Of a DNA stretch of 64,000 nucleotides, positions 41,147 to 51,298 are shown in pieces. Positions within the stretch are counted from its first letter, which is position 1. Every line of letters starts with the position of its first letter. The stretch is from contig CAVWEH010000002.1 in assembly GCA_963753975.1 (NCBI GenBank), positions 128,001 to 192,000 on the forward strand, given 5' to 3'. The notes under the pieces were generated by a model. That model made no database searches. It was given only the letters and a program-made list of their open reading frames with translations, and was not told where the DNA came from. Both the position numbers and the translations under genes were made by a program. Source of the stretch: an uncultured delta proteobacterium (GTDB lineage Bacteria > Desulfobacterota > Syntrophia > Syntrophales > Smithellaceae).

Positions 41147-41238
41147 TTCATTTTACCGGTTCCAACACATGTGCATTATTTTTCAACTAGATCAAAGAAA
41201 CGATTTGAGTATCTTGGGTAAATCATTTAAATGATCTC

Positions 41239-42396
41239 TTATACTCTGTTGGGAGCATAACCGAGCGCGGCGTTAGCCACGATCATAGTATGCATATTGG
41301 ATGTTCCTTCCAGCGTTTCGAATTGTTTGGCATCGCGCAGGAATCGGCCGCAGGGATATTCATCGGAATATCCAAACGATCCGAATAACTTCATGCATTC
41401 GTTGGCCGCATGAACGACCTCTTTGGCTCCGTAAAGTTTGGACATCGATGTTTCCATCACGTTGGGAAGTCCTTTATCCTTCAGCCAAGCCGCTTTGTAA
41501 ACAAGATCAGCCATTGCGGCATGTCCCATTTTCATTTCCGCGATCTGTTGCTGAATCAACTGGAATTTGCCGATCTTTTGTCCAAACTGAGATCTTTCGT
41601 TAGCGTATTTGATGGAGGCTTCCAGGATGGCTCCGGAAAGTCCTACTGCACCTGCAGCACATCCGAGCCGTGTGGCATTTAGCTGCGTCATGCACATTTG
41701 AAATCCTTTGTTGACGGTTCCCAGAACGAGTTTTTTCGGCACCTTCACATCTTCAAAAGTAATTTCCGCCGTATCGGAAGCCAAGAGTCCCACTTTTTCA
41801 TGAATCTTTTTACGGGTAATGCCGGGGAGGCTATAATCCATGAGAAAGCAGGTGATCCCATTGGCTCCGGCGTCCTTATTCGTCTTTACATATAATAAGC
41901 CATGATTGGATACTGTTCCGTTCGTAATCCACATCTTATTGCCATTGAGGAGATAATGATTGCCCTTGTCTTCCGCCAAGCATTTCATACCGGCCACATC
42001 GGAGCCGATATCGGTTTCCGTCATGGCGAAGCTGCCGATATATTCACCGCTGACAAATTTAGGAATGTAATGCTGCTTCTGTTCCTCTGTTCCGAATTTT
42101 TGAATGGTCAAAGAAGGTCCCCAACACTGCATGTTAAAGGCCATACGCCAGGATGTATGGACTTTGGCGATTTGTTCGATGACCAGGGCACCTTCCAAAT
42201 AACCCATGCCGTTTCCACCATATTTCTCATCAATGCAGAAACCGAAAAAACCTAATTCAGCCATTTTATCGAATATTTCCTTGCGCCAATGCTGGCTTTT
42301 TTCATCTTCTTCCACATGAGGTTTGATTTCATTTTCGGCAAAATTCCTTGCCATGTCCTGAAGTATTTTTTGTTCTTCGGTTAATCCAAAATCCAT
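41239..42396 (-). CDS. Acyl-CoA dehydrogenase, probably non-decarboxylating glutaryl-CoA dehydrogenase
   Basis: ACAD motifs; 'SWRMAFNM' (R-x3-N) and C-terminal 'NR' resemble the carboxylate-binding residues of the Desulfococcus enzyme; co-operonic with gcdA. Confidence 0.78.
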   Translation of the reverse strand: MDFGLTEEQKILQDMARNFAENEIKPHVEEDEKSQHWRKEIFDKMAELGFFGFCIDEKYGGNGMGYLEGALVIEQIAKVHTSWRMAFNMQCWGPSLTIQKFGTEEQKQHYIPKFVSGEYIGSFAMTETDIGSDVAGMKCLAEDKGNHYLLNGNKMWITNGTVSNHGLLYVKTNKDAGANGITCFLMDYSLPGITRKKIHEKVGLLASDTAEITFEDVKVPKKLVLGTVNKGFQMCMTQLNATRLGCAAGAVGLSGAILEASIKYANERSQFGQKIGKFQLIQQQIAEMKMGHAAMADLVYKAAWLKDKGLPNVMETSMSKLYGAKEVVHAANECMKLFGSFGYSDEYPCGRFLRDAKQFETLEGTSNMHTMIVANAALGYAPNRV

Positions 42397-42426
42397 GTTT
42401 AAAATCCTCCCAATTTTTTCTTTAAA

Positions 42427-43691
42427 CTATTTTCTTTCCACGATCAGGCAGATGCCCTGACCGCCGCCGCCGCATATGGTTTCGAGACCGTAACGGCAAT
42501 CTCTGCGAGTCATTTCGTTAATCAGCGTTGTTAAGCGCATTACACCGGTAGCACCGATAGGATGCCCCAAGGAAATTCCGGAACCGTTAACGTTTACTTT
42601 TTCATCCATTTCTTTGTCTTTGATGCCGGAAAGACGGGCATCAGCCAGCGCCTGAACGGCAAAAGCTTCCTGAACTTCGATGAGACCAATCTGGTCAATG
42701 GTAGTTTTTATTTTTTGCAGCGCTTTTTGAACGGACGCAGGCACGGCGGGGTAGGTCAGTTTTGGATCGGTTGCCGCTACCGCACAAGAACGGAAATAAG
42801 CGAGAGGCTTTATTCCCAGCTCTTTCGCTTTTTTTTCGGAAGCGAGCATTATAACCGCTGCGCCGTCATTTTCAGAAGAAGAGTTTCCGGCTGTACAAAC
42901 ACCACCGGAATAAACAGGCTTTAGCTTGGCTAATTTTTCCAGAGTAGTTTCTCTTCTCGGACCTTCATCTACATTGAAGAAAGTCATCTGTTCGCTCTTA
43001 CCTTTACCGACAGGCACGGGAACGATTTCTTCAGCAAATTTTCCGGCATCCTGCGCCGCAATCGCTCTCTGATGGCTCCGGAGTGCCCACTGATCGGCTT
43101 CTTCCCGCGTTATTTTTTCTTTTTTGGCCGCGGCTTCGGCCCAGGTCATCATGGAACTGAGTTCGCCGTAGCGGGCAATGGGCTGCGACATAACGCGCGC
43201 GCGCTGGATGCGATCATAGAAGGGGATTCCCCACATGGCCAGAGCGCCGTGTCCTCTGGGCATAAAGCCGTATTTTTCATGAGTCTTGCCTCCCAGTCCC
43301 CACTTGATATCACCGGGAATATATAGTTCGGCCTGGCTCATAGAGTCCATACCGCCGGCAATAACAATATCAGCATTTCCCGTTTGTATTTTCATGGCAC
43401 CGAAAAAAATAGCATCCAGACCCGAACAGCAACGCCGGTCAAGAACAACTCCCGGAACGCTGTCCGGCCAGCCGGCTTCCAGAACTGCCATGCGCGCGCC
43501 GTTGGCGCATTCGCCGTTTTGATAAGCCGTTCCCATAATCACATCTTCAATCTGTGCCGGATCTATTTTTGCCCGTTTAACAATTCCTGCAAAACAATAG
43601 CGCCAAGTTTATAAACAGGAATATCTTTTAGAGAACCACCGTAAGCGCCGATAGGAGTGCGCACACAATTTAAAATGACAACGTTTTCCAT
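42427..43691 (-). CDS. Thiolase (acetyl-CoA C-acyltransferase), one frameshift near 43583
   Basis: N-terminus 'VRTPIGAYGG' in a separate frame; 'DRRCCSG', 'EAFA', 'GHPIGATG', 'CGGGGQG'. Confidence 0.9.
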
Positions 43692-43717
43692 GATTTCATC
43701 TCCCCATAATTTTTATT

Positions 43718-44605
43718 TTAAAAATTTAGGTCTTTTCTCGGCTTCTTTTCTCCAGATGTATAATCATACCATCCTTTTCCTGTTTTTTTGCCGAGATCTC
43801 CGCTTAATACCATCTTTTCTAGGAGCAGGGGAGGGCGAAATTTCTTGTCTTTATATCCTTCATAGAGAGTTCTAAAAACGTTAAGACCGATATCTAACCC
43901 TACTGCATCATTTAATTCGAATGGCCCCATGGGATGATTAAGTCCCAACTTGACGGCCTTGTCTATATCTTCGAGGCTGGCTACTCCCTCCAACAAACAA
44001 GTAAAAACCTCCGACCGAAATGCCGCATTAATCCGGTTTACAAGAAAACCGGGCACATCCTTTACGCGTACCGTTTCTTTTTTGAGATTGAACGCTACTT
44101 CTTGCGTTATTTTCACAGTATCGTCAGATGTTTTAAGGCCGGGAATAATCTCCACGAGCCTCATTATTCCTACGGGGCTGAAAAAATGCATGCCGATAAA
44201 TTTTTCCGGCCGCTTCACGGTTGTAGCGAGCGAGGTAATGGGGATAGAAGAAGTGTTGGTGGCTATTATTACATCTTTTTTGCAAAGAGCATCGAGTTTT
44301 TCGAATATGGATTTCTTCACCTCGAAATTTTCAAAAGCGGCTTCAATAATAAAATCGGCCTTTTTTGCCGCTTCCAGATCGGCTGATTTGCTGATTCTGG
44401 ATAAAATAGCATCTTTATCGGCGGGGGTTATTTTTTCCTTCTGTACCTGGCCGTCGAGGATCCTGCCGATGGAATTGAAGCCCTTGTCGATAAACTCCAT
44501 TTTTACATCATTCATGATGACGTTATATCCGGCCTGGGCGGAAACTTGCGCAATGCCCGATCCCATGAGTCCGGAACCAATAACCATAATATTTTTGATA
44601 TCCAT
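43718..44605 (-). CDS. 3-hydroxyacyl-CoA dehydrogenase
   Basis: 'GSGLMGSGIA', 'ATNTSSI', 'GMHFFSP', 'PMGPF'. Confidence 0.95.
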   Translation of the reverse strand: MDIKNIMVIGSGLMGSGIAQVSAQAGYNVIMNDVKMEFIDKGFNSIGRILDGQVQKEKITPADKDAILSRISKSADLEAAKKADFIIEAAFENFEVKKSIFEKLDALCKKDVIIATNTSSIPITSLATTVKRPEKFIGMHFFSPVGIMRLVEIIPGLKTSDDTVKITQEVAFNLKKETVRVKDVPGFLVNRINAAFRSEVFTCLLEGVASLEDIDKAVKLGLNHPMGPFELNDAVGLDIGLNVFRTLYEGYKDKKFRPPLLLEKMVLSGDLGKKTGKGWYDYTSGEKKPRKDLNF

Positions 44606-44653
44606 ATTTCTGCTCCTTGCTTATAGTTTCTAATCCTGTCCTGACAAAAGATC

Positions 44654-44669
44654 AGCAAATATCATACCA
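44654..44669 (-). promoter_or_regulatory. Sigma-54 (-24/-12) promoter of the catabolic operon
   Basis: Minus strand TGGTATG-ATAT-TTGCT, 49 bp upstream of the first ATG. Confidence 0.8.
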
Positions 44670-44904
44670 CTTGTATTGTTGTGCTCTAAAATTGCCCTAT
44701 GGCCGTACAGGGTAGAGAATTTCTTGTCTTATTTATGATTCGTGACGTTCCCCACAGCCTCATTAGGGCTGAAAAATAGCAAATTGGAATTTCGTCATCA
44801 TTTATTCTAAAATACGTTTTTGTTCCCAAGGAAATTGTTTTGTATGTTTTTTATTGATTATTTTGTATTAATTGTATACATAATTATCTTAAGAAAGAAA
44901 AAAT

Positions 44905-46269
44905 ATGGAAAAAATTCCTCAATTCTTAATAAAAACCATACAGGATATCTCTGATGCTGCCGTAATCATTGATGAATATAATTATGTTTATTATGTAAAC
45001 AATAAATTTGAATCTCTCTTCAACTATAAAGGTAGCGGCAGAAGAAAAACAAAATGTGATTTTCTTTCGTCTCTCAACCTAAAAGCGTCAGTCAGAATGA
45101 TTACTTCACCCCAGTCCGTAACAATTCCCGGCAGTCAACGAAAAATCAGCTTATTTGTCTACTTATTAAACAAATCAAAAAACAAAGATCATTTTTATCT
45201 TATAATTGCCCGGGATTCGGAAAAAAAAGATAGTAAATCTTACGGGCTAAAAAAATTTAACCCTTATGAAGATGAGGAAAAATTTAGGACTGAAAAACTT
45301 TCTCCCGAGTTTAGCGAGTTAGTAGGTGAGAATATAGAATTTAAAAAAGCCCTGGTTATTGCTCAGAGAGCCGCAAAATCCAATATCTCTGTGCTGATCA
45401 TTGGAGAAAGCGGTACGGGTAAAGAAATATTGGCGCGCGCGATACATAGTACGAGTAAACGGAGTGGAAGGCCATTGATCGATGTCAATTGTGCTGCTAT
45501 CCCGGATACTTTAATCGAAAGTGAACTATTTGGATATGAAAAAGGGGCGTTTACCGGAGCAAGAACCGACGGAAGCAAGGGATATTTCGATGAAGCTCAT
45601 GAAGGAACTATTCTTCTGGATGAAGTTGGAGACGCGTCGCTTCAGACGCAGTCAAAACTATTAAGAGTTCTGGAATCGGGTACTTTCAAGAGGGTAGGTG
45701 GTACGAAAAATATTAAGGTTGACGTCCGCATAATATCTTCTACGAACAGAGATTTAACCTCTTTGATCGAACAGAAGGCATTTAGGGAAGATCTTTTCTT
45801 TCGCTTAAACGCTTTTACTATATACCTTCCGCCGCTCAGAGAGCGCAGAGAAGATATATCTCTTCTGATCGACTATTTTCTTAAGTCCAATGACGATATT
45901 GAAAAACGAAATTTAAAATTTTCCTCTTCAGCTATGGAAATTCTCAACTCGTATCACTGGCCGGGAAATGTTCGTGAATTGAAAGGCGTGGTGAGCTATG
46001 CTGTCAATATGAGCAGAGATTCAATAGTAACTCCCAGCTCACTTCCGAATTTTCTATTTGCCCAAGACCCGGGACCGAATCCTGTCGGTTTACCAATAAC
46101 TTCTTTGCCGGATGAAACTCACAATCTCATAGAAGCTGTTAAGAGTTTGGAAAGAAAATTAATTAAAGAAACCCTGGTAACATCCGTGAACAGAACCATG
46201 GCCATAAAAAAACTGGGGATCAGCAGACGAACTTTTTACATCAAAATGAAGCAATATGGTTTTGATTGA
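44905..46269 (+). CDS. Sigma-54-dependent transcriptional activator (PAS-like/AAA+/Fis-HTH)
   Basis: 'GESGTGKE', '[15 protein letters not shown]', 'WPGNVREL', C-terminal HTH. Confidence 0.96.
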   Translation: MEKIPQFLIKTIQDISDAAVIIDEYNYVYYVNNKFESLFNYKGSGRRKTKCDFLSSLNLKASVRMITSPQSVTIPGSQRKISLFVYLLNKSKNKDHFYLIIARDSEKKDSKSYGLKKFNPYEDEEKFRTEKLSPEFSELVGENIEFKKALVIAQRAAKSNISVLIIGESGTGKEILARAIHSTSKRSGRPLIDVNCAAIPDTLIESELFGYEKGAFTGARTDGSKGYFDEAHEGTILLDEVGDASLQTQSKLLRVLESGTFKRVGGTKNIKVDVRIISSTNRDLTSLIEQKAFREDLFFRLNAFTIYLPPLRERREDISLLIDYFLKSNDDIEKRNLKFSSSAMEILNSYHWPGNVRELKGVVSYAVNMSRDSIVTPSSLPNFLFAQDPGPNPVGLPITSLPDETHNLIEAVKSLERKLIKETLVTSVNRTMAIKKLGISRRTFYIKMKQYGFD

Positions 46270-46342
46270 AAAAAGTCGCTCAGATTTATCATTCTTTAAA
46301 AAATTTTATTAAAACACATAATTTTGAGGACATAAATATTTA

Positions 46343-46358
46343 TGGAACGTATTATGCA
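46343..46358 (+). promoter_or_regulatory. Putative sigma-54 promoter of the HMGL-like gene
   Basis: TGGAACG-TATT-ATGCA with correct GG-N10-GC spacing. Confidence 0.6.
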
Positions 46359-46430
46359 TTATATCTTGGCAAGATAAGAATAAAATTTTTCCGGAATTAA
46401 TGACTTTTTCATTTATTTAAGGTAGCTATT

Positions 46431-47396
46431 TTGAAGAAGGAAAATAAAGCAACCATTGTAGAAATATCTCCACGCGACGGTTTACCGGCCGTGTGTAAAA
46501 GCCTTTCGGCGGACAATGAGGTGATGTTTATAAATAAACTATCTCGAGCCGGCTTTAAAAAGATAGAATGCGCATCTTTCTTGCATCCGCGTCTTTTGCC
46601 GAGAAACTATGATGCAGAAAAAATTATTGACGGGATCGAGAAGCAATCGGGAGTAACCTATGTGGGATTGGTGCCTAACGAGATCGGCTGCCGGCGCGCG
46701 TTGATTACTCAAATTGACGAAATTCTTATGCTCGTGGCCGCGAGCGATATCTTCAATAAAATTACGATGGGACGAACACTAAAGGAAACCGTAAACAAAA
46801 CTCTGCCTGCTATTTTCGACGCTACGGGCAAAAGCGGAAAGAGTGTCAGAATCTATATTCTGACCGCTTTTGGTTGTCCCTATACAGGAGTGATTTCATC
46901 CGAAGAAGTATTACAACTTGTATTGAAACTAAGTTATATGGGGGCGACAGAAATTTCTCTTGTCGACTCGACCGGTATGGCCAATCCCAAAAAGGTGAAG
47001 ACCCTTATAAAATCCATTCTTGATTTGAATCTAAATATTAATCTCGCCGTGCATTTCCACAATACCAGAGGTGCGGCTATCGCGAATTGTGTCGCCGCAT
47101 ATGAGGCCGGTATAAGAATTTTCGACACTTCACTGGGCGGCATGAGCGGAACACCTTACGGTTCGATGGAACTTGATCTGGGATACTGGAACGTGCCGAC
47201 GGAAGATCTTGTTTACTTGTTTGAAGAAATGGGGATAAAAACAGGGGTCGATTTCAACCTTCTTCTGGAATGCGTTAAAATTGCGGAAAAATTTACCGGA
47301 GAACCGCTACCCGGGCACCTTCTCCGAGCGAATCCTAATTTCAGCAAATCAAAAGTGTCCGATAATCATAAACCGCCAATGCATTTGGATGTATGA
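46431..47396 (+). CDS. Hydroxymethylglutaryl-CoA lyase family protein (divergent)
   Basis: 'PRDGL', 'AFGCPY', 'DSTGMANP', 'HFHNTRG', 'NVPTEDL'; TTG start. Confidence 0.85.
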   Translation: MKKENKATIVEISPRDGLPAVCKSLSADNEVMFINKLSRAGFKKIECASFLHPRLLPRNYDAEKIIDGIEKQSGVTYVGLVPNEIGCRRALITQIDEILMLVAASDIFNKITMGRTLKETVNKTLPAIFDATGKSGKSVRIYILTAFGCPYTGVISSEEVLQLVLKLSYMGATEISLVDSTGMANPKKVKTLIKSILDLNLNINLAVHFHNTRGAAIANCVAAYEAGIRIFDTSLGGMSGTPYGSMELDLGYWNVPTEDLVYLFEEMGIKTGVDFNLLLECVKIAEKFTGEPLPGHLLRANPNFSKSKVSDNHKPPMHLDV

Positions 47397-47428
47397 TGAC
47401 GTGTAAATGTAGTAAACGATTTATGTGC

Positions 47429-49231
47429 CTAGCGTTGTGATTCATCACCTCTAAGGAAAAAACGTTTCGGATCGAAACAACGCATAAGTTTTAATTCCTC
47501 TGCCGAAGGCAAGGGAAGAATCTGCAGTTTGCTTTTTACTTTCAATTTCCAGCCGCATTGTTCCTGAATACTCCTCACAGATTCCTCTTCCGATGCCGAG
47601 GGAGTTACAGGAAAGTATCCGGTCAATACCAGTTCATTGTTTCCCACTTCCTTTTCCCATATTCCCAACTGAGAAATTACGGTGGTTACTCTAATACCCG
47701 GTGACGTTATATAGGCGACTTTTTCCACAAAGCGGCTATTGTTTTGCTCCAAAGTAACGACCGTTTCATTGGCACTCGATGCCACATCATTGGCTCCTCC
47801 GGACCCGACTAAAAAAGGCCCTGTTGCGGATAGTCTTGTCGTATTTACATTTCCCAACACATCGACTTGACCCGCTCCGATAACTCCAATGCTGGAAGTT
47901 TGGGAACCGCCCATAATAATGCCTAGGGAAGTAAAGATATCCGAAATCATCTTACAGGAAGGAATGTTACGCAGATTGAATACATAAGGATCGGATGGTT
48001 GAGGAGAGTAACCATAGTAACCGATTTCCGCCACCAGCTCCAGAGGGTATTCTTCCCGACGCAATTTATAATAAGCCAACCAGGCGGCAAGATTCGAAAC
48101 ACCGATGCCGCAAAGAGCCAAACAATATTTTTTTGTTTTAACAATTTCCATAATTTTATGGGAAGAGGCGCTAACCAAACGTTCGGCGGGTGTTGATTCT
48201 TGGGGAGAGGGGAGACGACCGGCTGAAACGGAAAGTTCAGATATCCAGGAATCGTTTTGTATTTTTCCTTTTAAATGCCAAATACGCTGTTGCCCGAGAC
48301 GGGAAAGAAAATCTTCATGATTCTTGCAGCCCAGTACCCATTTTTCCACCCAAGCCTGATATTCATCGGAATTTCGGGCAGCTTTTCGTGCTTCTATAAT
48401 CCATTCTTCATCTTCTCCATATCCTTCCAATTCGGAGACACCTAGAGCATGAATGCCCATAGGATGACCGCCCATAGGTACAGGGCAGACCGCTTTGACG
48501 ACATATCCGGGAAGGCGAGTCATATGAGCGTGGCGCCGGATAAAGTCGGCATCGACAATTTTCTCGACAGTGACGATCACACCCTCCTTCGCTGCCAGTG
48601 CTCCAAAGTGATTTCCGGAGTGCGGCGCGGACATAATGGTATTACCGTCTTTATCTGACGCCCATCCGTGAGCTATGGCAATATCCGGATTATAGGCTTT
48701 AACAACACTTGCCGATTCTCCCTCTGTAAAGGGATTGGAAATTTGACAAAAACTGTCTTTATTTTCAACTTCCATGGAACTCCCGCGAATTGATTTAGTA
48801 GGGAAAAATGGTACTCCCAATGCTCCGGCCATAAAGCGAAGCACAATCGTTAATTGCGTCCAATTTTCCAGCGAGACAGCTCCCTCTCTCAGAGCTCGGG
48901 CAAGGATGGGATTGGGGCCAGGGAAGGGATACCCGTCGCCGGCGAAGGCGACAATAATTTTATTACATAACTTTCCATGAACGAAAAGAGCAATATTGTA
49001 AACATTTCCGGAAATTCCAATAATGGTGAATCGGGGATTTTTTCCCCAAAATTGTCTGGCGATTTCAAAAAAAATGGGTGTCGGCGTGGTCATGCCGTTT
49101 CCGAATTGAATGCTCATCTGCGGTCGGACAAACCGGCGTACGGCTTCAGATAGTTCCATAACTTTACCCGTGCCGCAAGAATCCCGGAATGTCAATTTTT
49201 CCTCTAGAAAACTTTTCAGGTGATTATCCAT
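47429..49231 (-). CDS. Family I CoA transferase, fused alpha+beta (glutaconate CoA-transferase-like)
   Basis: Alpha part 'RFMAGALGVPF', 'PDIAIAH', 'VTVEKIV'; beta part 'AEIG', 'GQVDVLGNVNTT', 'GSGGANDVAS'. Confidence 0.87.
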   Translation of the reverse strand: MDNHLKSFLEEKLTFRDSCGTGKVMELSEAVRRFVRPQMSIQFGNGMTTPTPIFFEIARQFWGKNPRFTIIGISGNVYNIALFVHGKLCNKIIVAFAGDGYPFPGPNPILARALREGAVSLENWTQLTIVLRFMAGALGVPFFPTKSIRGSSMEVENKDSFCQISNPFTEGESASVVKAYNPDIAIAHGWASDKDGNTIMSAPHSGNHFGALAAKEGVIVTVEKIVDADFIRRHAHMTRLPGYVVKAVCPVPMGGHPMGIHALGVSELEGYGEDEEWIIEARKAARNSDEYQAWVEKWVLGCKNHEDFLSRLGQQRIWHLKGKIQNDSWISELSVSAGRLPSPQESTPAERLVSASSHKIMEIVKTKKYCLALCGIGVSNLAAWLAYYKLRREEYPLELVAEIGYYGYSPQPSDPYVFNLRNIPSCKMISDIFTSLGIIMGGSQTSSIGVIGAGQVDVLGNVNTTRLSATGPFLVGSGGANDVASSANETVVTLEQNNSRFVEKVAYITSPGIRVTTVISQLGIWEKEVGNNELVLTGYFPVTPSASEEESVRSIQEQCGWKLKVKSKLQILPLPSAEELKLMRCFDPKRFFLRGDESQR

Positions 49232-49585
49232 AATAACTTGCTCCTTGAAATTGATACAGCTTAATTTACCTATATCAATTTAGAGAGCATTATCAAGTTC
49301 TTTCCTATCTTGCATAAAAGACAATCCTTCGAACTAAAGTATTATTTGGCAGCTTTATTTTCTTGACACCTAAACTACATCTTCATATACGTAAAATATT
49401 GGAATATTCGAAATAAAGCCGGCACTGGAAAAAATGAAGATTTACAGGCTAACTAGAGACGATAAGCGAAGCGGTAAAAAATCGAAAAATGTTTAAGGAA
49501 TGGATAATTGATATTATAAGTCAATTCTTTAATAGATATAGATAATATCAAGACATATAAGAAGAAATTAATAAAGGGAAGTTAA

Positions 49586-50164
49586 TTGAAGCAAGTCTTA
49601 GCTTTCAACGGTAGTCCCCGAAAAAAGGGAAACACATCGACAATCATTGCCGCTATTCTGGAAGGCGCCGCGAGCAAGGGCGCTCAAACAATAGAAATAA
49701 GACTACATGATATCTTCCTGAAAGGATGCAAGGGTTGTCTAAGCTGCCGAAAAAACTTCGGCCGCTGCAATCAGCAGGATGATCTCAGCCCATATTTAGA
49801 GGCAATGAAAACCTGCACCGGCATTATCATCGGTTGTCCTATTTACATGTATCGTATTTCCGGTCAAATGAAGCTCTTTGTTGATAGGCTATATTCACTT
49901 TACGCCAATCGTCCCGATGGCGGTTACGATTCCATGGTGCCATCCGGTAAAACATATGCTCTTGTCGTTTCTCAGGGTGCTCCCAATCCGGAACAATATA
50001 AAAGATCGATTCAATACCTTGCCGGTATGACGGGAAGCGGTCTGGGAATGGAAGAAGTAGGCCGAATTATCCATGTAAATAGCGAAGAATGTCCCGCCGC
50101 AGTGAACAGAGGTCTTTTGCAAGAAGCTTTTGAGACCGGCAGAAGATTAATAAAGATTTATTAA
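49586..50164 (+). CDS. Iron-sulfur flavoprotein / flavodoxin-fold NAD(P)H-FMN reductase
   Basis: 'GSPRKKGNT', compact 'CKGCLSC-x6-C', 'PIYM', 'KLFVDR'. Confidence 0.9.
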   Translation: MKQVLAFNGSPRKKGNTSTIIAAILEGAASKGAQTIEIRLHDIFLKGCKGCLSCRKNFGRCNQQDDLSPYLEAMKTCTGIIIGCPIYMYRISGQMKLFVDRLYSLYANRPDGGYDSMVPSGKTYALVVSQGAPNPEQYKRSIQYLAGMTGSGLGMEEVGRIIHVNSEECPAAVNRGLLQEAFETGRRLIKIY

Positions 50165-50278
50165 GCAAAGCATAATCATCTTATATATCTTGAACTGTTT
50201 TATACTCTGTGATAATTAGAAAACGACTGAAAAAAATAGCAGCCGTTTATAAAACAAGGCGTTTTGCCGGGGGGATGT

Positions 50279-50608
50279 ATGGATTCAGATTCTATAGATA
50301 CCAAGAAAATTTTCGACTTGACGGATGTATATGAAGATCGAAACGGCAGAAATAATCAAGAAGTAATTGTGATAGACGGCCGTGGTTATGAGAAAAATGC
50401 TAAAGATAAAAATACGCACAATATTGCGCAGGAGGCTAAAGAACATCAAATAGCAAATAATCTGAATGAAGAAATTATGCAGCGCACAACGGAAATCGCC
50501 GAAAAAATAGCACGCGAAATAATCCCGGAAATTGCCGAAAGAATCGTAAGGGAAGAAATTGAAAAACTGAAGAAGATAAGCAGCAATGATTCAATGACGA
50601 ATGATTAA
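50279..50608 (+). CDS. Hypothetical protein
   Basis: N-terminal 'IFDLTDV' and C-terminal 'IAREIIPEIAERIVREEIEKLK' helix. Confidence 0.7.
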   Translation: MDSDSIDTKKIFDLTDVYEDRNGRNNQEVIVIDGRGYEKNAKDKNTHNIAQEAKEHQIANNLNEEIMQRTTEIAEKIAREIIPEIAERIVREEIEKLKKISSNDSMTND

Positions 50609-50611
50609 CCA

Positions 50612-51298
50612 ATGAGAAAATATCTGCTTTTAGCAATTCTTGTTCTAATTATTTTTATCTCGCTTCCTGTTTATGCTCAAAACGATCAAGGTGTTTTAAG
50701 CCTTTACGTGGAAGGCAGCGCGAAGATAAAACAAAATGATCTAGCCGGAGCTCGCGAAGAAGCCATTCAAAATGCATTAGAAAAAGCAATATTGGAGACC
50801 GTATCTAAACTATTAGCTGTTCCAACTAAAGCCGAGGAGTTTCAGCAGGCAAAAAACATTATTATTAACGAACAGGATAAGTATGTCCAATATTATAAAA
50901 TTGCAGAAGAAAAAAGACAAGCGCAGAATTTTATAGTTAATGTGAATGTTGTGCTGGCTTTATCATCACTAAAGAATGACCTGCATAAGATGGGTTTTCT
51001 TCAGGCAGCGGAATCGGGAAAAAACAATATCAGAGTTTCTTTAAGCGTTATCGGTTTAAAAAAATATTCGGATTACCTGAATTTAAAAGATTTTTTACAA
51101 AATCGCACAAAATTAGTAAAAAATATTTATCCTTGCAGCTTTCAATGGTCTGAAGTTCATTGTGAAATAGAGCTTTCCGGAGATGCGCAATCTTTTGCGG
51201 ATGAATTGGTGAAAAACGTTGCTTGCGTGCCGGATATTAAACAAGCGAATAATAATAAAATAGAGATGATTTGTTTGAAAAAAATGGAGGAAAAGTGA
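50612..51298 (+). CDS. Secreted protein with FlgT N-terminal-like domain
   Basis: Signal peptide; 'EGSA...AREEAIQNALEKAI'. Confidence 0.65.
   Translation: MRKYLLLAILVLIIFISLPVYAQNDQGVLSLYVEGSAKIKQNDLAGAREEAIQNALEKAILETVSKLLAVPTKAEEFQQAKNIIINEQDKYVQYYKIAEEKRQAQNFIVNVNVVLALSSLKNDLHKMGFLQAAESGKNNIRVSLSVIGLKKYSDYLNLKDFLQNRTKLVKNIYPCSFQWSEVHCEIELSGDAQSFADELVKNVACVPDIKQANNNKIEMICLKKMEEK

Noticed and set aside
43934..44633. Long antisense ORFs (150 and 227 aa), and similar shadows opposite ugd, gcdA, the hydratase, pheT and guaB
   Set aside because: They lie fully opposite well-conserved genes and have no motifs or RBS; typical antisense shadows
44715..44820. Short matches between this intergenic DNA and the neighbouring dehydrogenase gene (AATTTCTTGTCTT, AGCCTCATTA, GGGCTGAAAAA)
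   Set aside because: Blocks are only 10-13 nt and not consistently collinear; chance or local assembly noise cannot be excluded
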